Shown piece after piece: positions 57,484 to 64,000 of a DNA stretch of 64,000 nucleotides. The translations under genes and the position numbers were made by a program. This stretch comes from a virus, in the IMG/VR virus record IMGVR_UViG_3300026488_000022, positions 16,615 through 80,614 of that record; one strand, written 5' to 3'. The notes beneath the pieces were generated by a model. It was not told the origin of the DNA, searched no databases, and saw only the letters and a program-made list of their open reading frames with translations. Numbering within the stretch: position 1 is the first letter of the stretch; each line of letters opens with the position of its first letter.

Positions 57484-58129
57484 TTTCTTTTAAAAATTCT
57501 AAACCACTTGTATCTCTATATTCTTCTTTATAAACCACTCTTTTAATCCCTGCTTGTATAATATGTTTTGCACAATTATGACAAGGAGATAAGGTAACAT
57601 ATAAAGTTGTATTCTTTGTTGGCAAACCATTTTTAGCACAAAATAAAATAGCATTTAGCTCTGCGTGTATTACTATATCGTGGTTAGTTTTAAGTTCTTT
57701 TTTAATTTCAAAATCACCAACAAGCCTATAATTATCTGAATTATCATTTGCAAAGTCAATAATACCAACTTTTTTTCTACATTTTGAACAAAATACTTTT
57801 TTCTCTTCTTTATTTTCTATAAGTTCTGCACCGCAACATTTACTTACTAAAACCTCTTGTTCCTTTTCACAATCATATTTATATGGAACAATAATATACC
57901 CTTTGCCAAAACAACAAGCGCACTCATATTTAAACTCATAACCTGTACCTCCACAACAATTACAAATTTCTTTAATTTTTTTAGAATATCCTGTTGGTGT
58001 TCCATTGTAACCCACACTAATAATTCTACCTTCTTTTGCTATAACTGCCCCTACTTTTGCTCTAATACATTTACTTTGTTCAGCCCAAACTTCTGCTGTT
58101 TTCATCATTACAATATCGTATTTCTTCAT
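57449..58129 (-). CDS. dCMP deaminase with Cys-rich insertion
   Basis: SKCIRAKVGAVI, GYNGTP, HAELNAI, SPCHNC. Confidence 0.92.
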   Translation of the reverse strand: MKKYDIVMMKTAEVWAEQSKCIRAKVGAVIAKEGRIISVGYNGTPTGYSKKIKEICNCCGGTGYEFKYECACCFGKGYIIVPYKYDCEKEQEVLVSKCCGAELIENKEEKKVFCSKCRKKVGIIDFANDNSDNYRLVGDFEIKKELKTNHDIVIHAELNAILFCAKNGLPTKNTTLYVTLSPCHNCAKHIIQAGIKRVVYKEEYRDTSGLEFLKENGVKVERLQYD

Positions 58130-58130
58130 C

Positions 58131-58472
58131 TTATTGCTCCCTAATTTTTTGTTTCAGACAATCTTTTAAACAATCTAATTTAGTTCCTGTTGGTAATTGT
58201 TTTAACATATTATTATAATAAAATTCTGCAAGTTCCTCGTAAGAATTTATTTGAGAAGAAACCCAACAAATTTTATATATTTTAATAAATCCAAACAATT
58301 TTTTGTAAATATAATATTTATATGGCTGAAAAACTCTATCAAACAATTTTACTTCGTCATTTACAGAGGGTTTAAATAAAGAGTGGGTTGCAAACATACA
58401 ACCCAAACCACACTCAAAATAATAATCTTTGCTATCTTTTTCTACTACTATTTTTACTTTTTCAAAAGACAT
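58131..58472 (-). CDS. Hypothetical protein
   Basis: ORF with RBS. Confidence 0.55.
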   Translation of the reverse strand: MSFEKVKIVVEKDSKDYYFECGLGCMFATHSLFKPSVNDEVKLFDRVFQPYKYYIYKKLFGFIKIYKICWVSSQINSYEELAEFYYNNMLKQLPTGTKLDCLKDCLKQKIREQ

Positions 58473-58473
58473 T

Positions 58474-59502
58474 TTAACTCCTTTCTAAACTTAGTAAGAC
58501 TTTTTCAATAGCTTCACCAAAAGTTAAAGTTGAATATTGATTTTTAATATTTAATAAATTACTTATCCTTTTTGGTTGTAAATTATAAGCTCTTTTGATT
58601 TTTATTTTATCATATTGTAAGCCAAAACCACAAACCACACAACCTGTCCTCTTTTCTGTCTCATACGCTTTTGAGATTTTAACATTATACTTATTTATAT
58701 AATCCCAAATATCTTTTTCTGTCCAAAAGTAAATAGGATAAACTTTATAATCGTGTTTGTAACCATTTTTTAAAATACTTTGCAACCTTAAATTACTTTC
58801 TTCTGTCATTAACCCTATAAAACTAACCTCTTTTGTCTTATTTTGATAAATTTTAAAAGGATTTTTCTTTAAAACATTACAACAATAATTAGTTAAAACA
58901 ATTCTATCATTAATTTTTAAACCTAATTCTTTTCGTTTTTCTACTATAACATCAAAATAATATTCTTCTTTATTTTTTAAGATTTTATACCAATTTTCTT
59001 TTTTTACTAATTCTTTTGGTGGGTTAAAATAATGTTTTGCAACTTCCTCGTCTAAAAGCCATAACCATTTGTTTGAAAATTTATATTTATTCTTTCCAAA
59101 AAAACTCATTGAATACACACTTTTTAAATATTTATTATCCCTAAATTGTTTCATTATTTGTTTTTGTAATTCACTTATTTCTTTACTAACAAGAGGGTAA
59201 CCTTCTGTTTTTAAAATTTGACTAAAACTTTTTTTAGGTTTTAACCAAACTACATTTTCTGTTTCTTTTACAAATTTTATTATTTCTTTATGCTCATTTG
59301 TAGTATTAAAAAATACTGCTTTTACTTCAGGATACAAACTTCTAACTAAATGTAAAACTACTGTACTATCTTTACCACCACTAAAACTCACATTTACATT
59401 TCTATTATTTTCTTGATAAACCTCTTTTATAATTTGTTTTGATATTTCTATTTTTTCTTCTAATGGTAAATTTTTTAATTGTTCTAATTCTTGATATGTC
59501 AT
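58474..59502 (-). CDS. PAPS reductase-family (PP-loop) protein
   Basis: SFSGGKDSTV, CC..LKK.P, WTEKDIWDY, RTGCVVCGFG. Confidence 0.88.
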   Translation of the reverse strand: MTYQELEQLKNLPLEEKIEISKQIIKEVYQENNRNVNVSFSGGKDSTVVLHLVRSLYPEVKAVFFNTTNEHKEIIKFVKETENVVWLKPKKSFSQILKTEGYPLVSKEISELQKQIMKQFRDNKYLKSVYSMSFFGKNKYKFSNKWLWLLDEEVAKHYFNPPKELVKKENWYKILKNKEEYYFDVIVEKRKELGLKINDRIVLTNYCCNVLKKNPFKIYQNKTKEVSFIGLMTEESNLRLQSILKNGYKHDYKVYPIYFWTEKDIWDYINKYNVKISKAYETEKRTGCVVCGFGLQYDKIKIKRAYNLQPKRISNLLNIKNQYSTLTFGEAIEKVLLSLERS

Positions 59503-59686
59503 TTTGCTTCCTTTAGTCTAAACTTAAAATAAATTGTTTAATTTCCATAGTACATTAATTTAATTAAATATTCAGCTCTATTTTTAGTTTGTCTATACCA
59601 TAAACTCTTTTTCATTCTATTAGACAAACCCTTTGTTGTTAAAAATTTACTCATTTCATTTCCTTTTAAATTTATGATTTTTAAAA

Positions 59687-59715
59687 ATTATAAATAAAAA
59701 AGAAGAGATTGTCAA
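59687..59715 (-). promoter_or_regulatory. Consensus sigma70 promoter
   Basis: TTGACA-17-TATAAT. Confidence 0.8.
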
Positions 59716-59722
59716 GAATTTT

Positions 59723-60721
59723 TTATAAGCTATTTAAAAAATTCAAATAATCAATTCCTCTTTCAATATCAAGAAATATTTTTATTCTATCAAAAGAATT
59801 ATCAGAAGGATTAATGACAGCAAGGACAGCAGGAGTTATATTTGTATCGTGTGTCATAAATTTTTTTCCATATTCATCAAACCTTTTGTAGCTACCTACT
59901 ACAAAACAATGACTTATTTTGTTATCTGGCTGGACATACATTTGATAACCAAATTGATGTGTATGCCCCATACAAATGATATCATCAGGTTTATTAAAAA
60001 TTGCTTGTTTAACTAATGGAAATGCCGGATTATATTGACTTCTTCCAGTAAAACTATGACGCATTCTAATTGTAATATTTGTTTCATTTGGAAATTGTAA
60101 ATTTAGTCTAATATCCTCTGAAACAATACAATCATCACCTAAAACTTCCCTAAAATAAACTTCAAACAAATTCCAAACATCGTGATTTCCTAAAACACAC
60201 GCTAAAATGTGTAAATCATCAAAATAATGTTTTAATAAAGCAAATGCCTCTTCTTGTGTTATAGAATGTTTTGCAAACAATTTTGAGAGATAACCAACCC
60301 AATTATCCAAATAATCACCAAGACCAATTATAAAAACATTTTCGTTTTTTCTTGCTAATTCTAAATGTTTTTCAAATAGCTCTAAGTCAGTTGATTGATT
60401 ATCTAAATGTGGGTCACCCATAAATAAAATTGCAATTGCTTTTTCTTCTTTAAATTTTATAGGAACATTAGAAAAATATTGGTCTTTTCTTCTTTCATAT
60501 TCAAAAATCTCTTTTCTAACTTTTATAATATCATCAACTTCTCTTTTTAATTGAGGAGGTTTAACTTGTTCATATTTTGCCTTTTTCCTCCAAGTATAAT
60601 AAGTTCTTTCAGCTATACCTATTTCTGATAAAATTTCATCTCTTTCCTTACCTTGTTCTAACAACTCACAAAATTTGTTAAATTTCTCATAATCAAACTT
60701 AGCCATTTTAATTCCTTTCAT
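59723..60721 (-). CDS. Metallophosphoesterase with N-terminal HTH
   Basis: GDPH, GDYLD, GNHD, GHTH motifs and N-terminal GIAERTYYTW. Confidence 0.85.
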   Translation of the reverse strand: MKGIKMAKFDYEKFNKFCELLEQGKERDEILSEIGIAERTYYTWRKKAKYEQVKPPQLKREVDDIIKVRKEIFEYERRKDQYFSNVPIKFKEEKAIAILFMGDPHLDNQSTDLELFEKHLELARKNENVFIIGLGDYLDNWVGYLSKLFAKHSITQEEAFALLKHYFDDLHILACVLGNHDVWNLFEVYFREVLGDDCIVSEDIRLNLQFPNETNITIRMRHSFTGRSQYNPAFPLVKQAIFNKPDDIICMGHTHQFGYQMYVQPDNKISHCFVVGSYKRFDEYGKKFMTHDTNITPAVLAVINPSDNSFDRIKIFLDIERGIDYLNFLNSL

Positions 60722-62064
60722 TGATTAAATTTTAATGGTAATTTAAATTGATATCCTTTTGGTAACAAACTATCGTCTCTTACAAACTTAACATTTTTAC
60801 CTCCTATTCCATAAAGTTTATATTTTTCAACTTCAGTTTCAAAATAAGGATTTTTTATAAAATCAAAATATTCAATAAATTCTTTATCAATATTATACTC
60901 TGCAACTTCATAAAACCTTTTATAACACATAGGACATAATTGTTTTTTAAATTTAGAAAAATAATCCCCACAACAAACACATTTTCTAAAAATACCCACT
61001 TGTAAATCATTTAATTGTCTAAAAATTTCTTGTCTATTAAAATAATAAATATTTTCTTGAACATATAAATGTTCTAAACCAAAACTTACAATATCTTCTG
61101 TAATTTTATATTTTATTTTTTTACCATTTTCTAATATAAAACCAACAGGTAATAAATTTTCGTCAAACCAATAATCAATAATTTTTTTATAAGTTTTTCT
61201 TGTTTTTAAAGAAATAGTTTTTATATTCTCCCCATCAATTATTAGATGTTTTTTAACTAAATTCTTACCTAAAGCTTTAAACTCATAAAAAGTATTTATC
61301 TCTTTAACAGTTGGATATTTTATATCAAAACTTTGTTGTTTTTTAAATCTAAAATTCTTTATTTTTTTACCTTCATTAATTAAAAATAAAGGAACAAAAA
61401 TATTTTTATCAAAAATAAAACAAAAATATAAATCATTTTTAAACTTAAAATAATCTTTTAAAAAATTAATTATAAATTTATTTTTAATATTTGTTTTAAT
61501 TTTGTTGCCTTTTTTAACAAAATTAAAAATTTTATAATAAGTTACTTTTTTAGGTAATAAATAAAAATTAAAAGGATAATTTATTTTATCATCAATACCT
61601 GTAATTAGATTAATCTTATAATCTTTAAGTTCAACATCCTCAATTTTCAGTGATGTATATAATTCTTCTTTAGTGTATAATTTTTTTAAAACACTAAAAA
61701 TAAAATCCTCCCCTACATTAAGAAACTTCCCGCTTAAAAATAACTTTATAATCCAAACTATTTTTCTATTTATAGATTTTGAGTAATCCCGTAATGAAAT
61801 TAAATCTCCTTGCTCTATATAATTTAAAATAACACTTAAAGCAGTGAGTAAATCTCCTCCTTCAATTTGGCTACCCTCTCTTAAAAAACTTAAAAAATTC
61901 TTATTTTTTGGAGCTAAAGTATAATAAGCAGAAACTAAAAGTTCTATTTCATTTTTAAAATTATTATAAACAATTAAAAAATTTCTTTGTCTGTTATAAT
62001 AACTTTTTTCAAAATAAAAATTATTAATTAAATTAAAAAGAATTGTAATATTTTTCGACTTCAT
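60718..62064 (-). CDS. Hypothetical protein with C-terminal C4 zinc finger
   Basis: 448 aa, CVCC..LCPMC. Confidence 0.6.
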   Translation of the reverse strand: MKSKNITILFNLINNFYFEKSYYNRQRNFLIVYNNFKNEIELLVSAYYTLAPKNKNFLSFLREGSQIEGGDLLTALSVILNYIEQGDLISLRDYSKSINRKIVWIIKLFLSGKFLNVGEDFIFSVLKKLYTKEELYTSLKIEDVELKDYKINLITGIDDKINYPFNFYLLPKKVTYYKIFNFVKKGNKIKTNIKNKFIINFLKDYFKFKNDLYFCFIFDKNIFVPLFLINEGKKIKNFRFKKQQSFDIKYPTVKEINTFYEFKALGKNLVKKHLIIDGENIKTISLKTRKTYKKIIDYWFDENLLPVGFILENGKKIKYKITEDIVSFGLEHLYVQENIYYFNRQEIFRQLNDLQVGIFRKCVCCGDYFSKFKKQLCPMCYKRFYEVAEYNIDKEFIEYFDFIKNPYFETEVEKYKLYGIGGKNVKFVRDDSLLPKGYQFKLPLKFNQ

Positions 62065-62635
62065 TTACACTAACCTTTTTAATTTCACCTTTAACTATAT
62101 AATTTTTTAAAAAAATAACACATTTTACTATTATAAATTTGACTAAATTTACATTTAAATCTACCTCATTTGCTATTTTAATCAGACCTTTATTTTTTAT
62201 AAAATATAAAAACAAAATATATAATTCTAAATTAGTAAAATAACTTTTCATAACCTCTTTAATTTCTTCTTGTAATAAATAATTTTCAATTTTTTCCTCA
62301 AAATCATAATCTGTATGAAAAGACTCATAATCCTCTGGTGTTGCTGTGAGCCAACTCTCTTTATCTTTTAAACTTTTTTTAATAGCCCCATATTTATTAA
62401 GGCTATTCTTTGCAACCCAATCAAGCATTCTACCATATATTTTTTTATACGCAAAACCCATAAAGTAATCATTTTTATCTTCATCATACTTCTCTTTTGC
62501 CATTAAATAACCTAAAACCCCTTCTTGTATTAAATCCTCTAATTCAATTCCTGTAAAACTTTTTTTATAAACTTTATAAGCTAAACCTTCAATATGTTTA
62601 TAATCTTTATCAGGTATATTATATTTATTTGACAT
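62033..62635 (-). CDS. Sigma70-family (FliA/SigD-like, group 3) RNA polymerase sigma factor
   Basis: ELEDLIQEGVLG..AKEKYD..FMGFAYKKIYGRMLD region 2. ILFLYF..GLIKIANEVDLN region 4. Confidence 0.85.
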   Translation of the reverse strand: MSNKYNIPDKDYKHIEGLAYKVYKKSFTGIELEDLIQEGVLGYLMAKEKYDEDKNDYFMGFAYKKIYGRMLDWVAKNSLNKYGAIKKSLKDKESWLTATPEDYESFHTDYDFEEKIENYLLQEEIKEVMKSYFTNLELYILFLYFIKNKGLIKIANEVDLNVNLVKFIIVKCVIFLKNYIVKGEIKKVSVNEVEKYYNSF

Positions 62636-63341
62636 CTAAAATCCTTTGTTTTGTTATTTCACAATATTTTTCTTCTAACTCAATTCCTACCCATCTTCTA
62701 TTTAATTTTTCACAAGCCACAAGAGTTGTTCCACTTCCTATAAAACAATCTAACACAATATCATTTTCATTTGAATGTTTTGTTAATATATATTCAATTA
62801 ATTCTAATGGTTTTTCATTCTGATGTTTTTGTTTTTTACCACTAACTCTATTAAAATTCCACACATCAGTATCACGCCTACCATTAAAAAATGCTCTACC
62901 TTTGTTCGCATACATAATAATTTCATATTGTTGTCCATATTGAGCCTTTAAATCTCCAGCAGTCCAATTATTTTTAACCCAGATTATTTGATTTTTTAAT
63001 TTATAATATTTTTCAATTTTCTGTTTGAAAAAATCAATAGTTTTCCAAGATGTAAAACAATAAAATGCTCTATTATTTTTTAATATATTATAACTATATT
63101 TTACAAACTCGGCAATTAGTTTGTGATTATTATCATTTTGTATTGGTCTGCAGAATTGATGATTTTTATTTTTTCTACGATTTGTTTTATAATTAATTAA
63201 ATAAGGGGGGTCAGTAAGTATTAAATCAACACTTTCTTTTGAAAAGTTTTTCATTATCTCCAAACAATCACCCTTATACAAAATACCATTTTCAGTTTCA
63301 AAATATCTATTTTCTTTTGGAAAGCTATCTTTCCAACTCAT
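62625..63341 (-). CDS. N4/N6 DNA methyltransferase (beta class)
   Basis: GDCLE, LTDPPY, HQNEKP, VLDCFIGSGTT. Confidence 0.92.
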   Translation of the reverse strand: MSWKDSFPKENRYFETENGILYKGDCLEIMKNFSKESVDLILTDPPYLINYKTNRRKNKNHQFCRPIQNDNNHKLIAEFVKYSYNILKNNRAFYCFTSWKTIDFFKQKIEKYYKLKNQIIWVKNNWTAGDLKAQYGQQYEIIMYANKGRAFFNGRRDTDVWNFNRVSGKKQKHQNEKPLELIEYILTKHSNENDIVLDCFIGSGTTLVACEKLNRRWVGIELEEKYCEITKQRILDVK

Positions 63342-64000
63342 TTTAACTCCTTAACTTCTAAACTTGAAATTCCATTTTCTTTTACAATAGTAAATAAATA
63401 ATCTGCAAAAGTTTCTTCAATTTCATTATGATGAGTAATAATAAAAATAGCTTTATCTTGTTTTAAATAATTTAAAACATTTTTCATAAATTCTATACCC
63501 TCATCATCTAAAACACCAAGCAACTCATCAATTACAAGAAAATTAATATTAATACCTATTAACTCTTCTAACGTTTTAATAGTAGCTAATAATAATAAAA
63601 GACTAACTCTTGTTTTTTCACCAGAACTTAATTGATAAAAGGTCTTTTTAACTCCTTTATCAACAAATTTATAATCAAGACTACCTTTATTTATTTTAAT
63701 TTCAAAATCAAATTCAAAAGCACTTTTATTTTTAAAAAATTCTATATTAAGTTTTAAAAGACGGACATAATCTTTTAAAAATTCATTCATAATAATACCT
63801 TTTTTAAATAAACTTAAAACTTCTTTATAAATATCAATTTTTTTAGTCAAATATAATCTTTTTTCTTTTAATTGCTCTAATTTTTCTTTTAGTTTATCTA
63901 AATTTTCTTCAAGTTGTTTTTTTAATTCTTTTTGTTTAACATATTCATCTCTTTTTACTTTTAACTTTTCAATTTGTAATAAAATACTTTTTTTCTTTTT
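63338..64000 (-). CDS. SbcC/Rad50-like recombination ATPase, C-terminal part (runs off window)
   Basis: Coiled coil, LSSGEK signature, VIDE..LD, ITH. The frame is open to the window edge. Confidence 0.88.
   Translation of the reverse strand, partial: KKKKSILLQIEKLKVKRDEYVKQKELKKQLEENLDKLKEKLEQLKEKRLYLTKKIDIYKEVLSLFKKGIIMNEFLKDYVRLLKLNIEFFKNKSAFEFDFEIKINKGSLDYKFVDKGVKKTFYQLSSGEKTRVSLLLLLATIKTLEELIGININFLVIDELLGVLDDEGIEFMKNVLNYLKQDKAIFIITHHNEIEETFADYLFTIVKENGISSLEVKELK

Noticed and set aside
1-64000. Integrase, reverse transcriptase/DGR, or alternative genetic code
   Set aside because: No such motifs seen. Genes are intact in the standard code, and the only split gene is explained by the intron.

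Overview
Very AT-rich 64 kb segment of a large lytic tailed dsDNA phage with a T5-like siphovirus gene set. The host is not determinable from sequence; perfect sigma70 promoters and AAGGA(G) ribosome-binding sites show it is bacterial. 1-32.1 kb (minus strand) holds the virion and lysis genes: tape measure, HK97-fold capsid, prohead protease, spanins, tail tube plus a tube paralog, portal, terminases, holin and fibre proteins. 32.4-39 kb (plus strand) holds a Rep/primase-like gene and small ORFs. 39-41.7 kb is a repeat-rich early block with an ArdA-like gene. 41.7-64 kb (minus strand) holds replication and nucleotide-metabolism genes: ligase, primase, family A polymerase split by an ORF-less group I intron, helicases, dNMP kinase, ThyX with an HNH intein, dCMP deaminase, two methyltransferases, a sigma factor and an SbcC-like ATPase. 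The most notable observations follow. (1) A family of up to ~270 bp intergenic cassettes (late promoter / conserved GGACA core / perfect sigma70 promoter + RBS / variable cargo gene) is scattered through the structural region. It sits at gene-order breakpoints, and an inverted copy lies upstream of the Rep-like gene. Cargo includes a Csx20-like candidate ring nuclease and an ArfA-like peptide. (2) A CYGATATA motif lies 22-36 bp upstream of 12 late gene starts and is plausibly read by the phage FliA-like sigma factor. (3) A ~110 nt four-hairpin ncRNA candidate with covarying stems has its own late promoter, just upstream of the portal gene. All family assignments are by motif recognition, without database searches.
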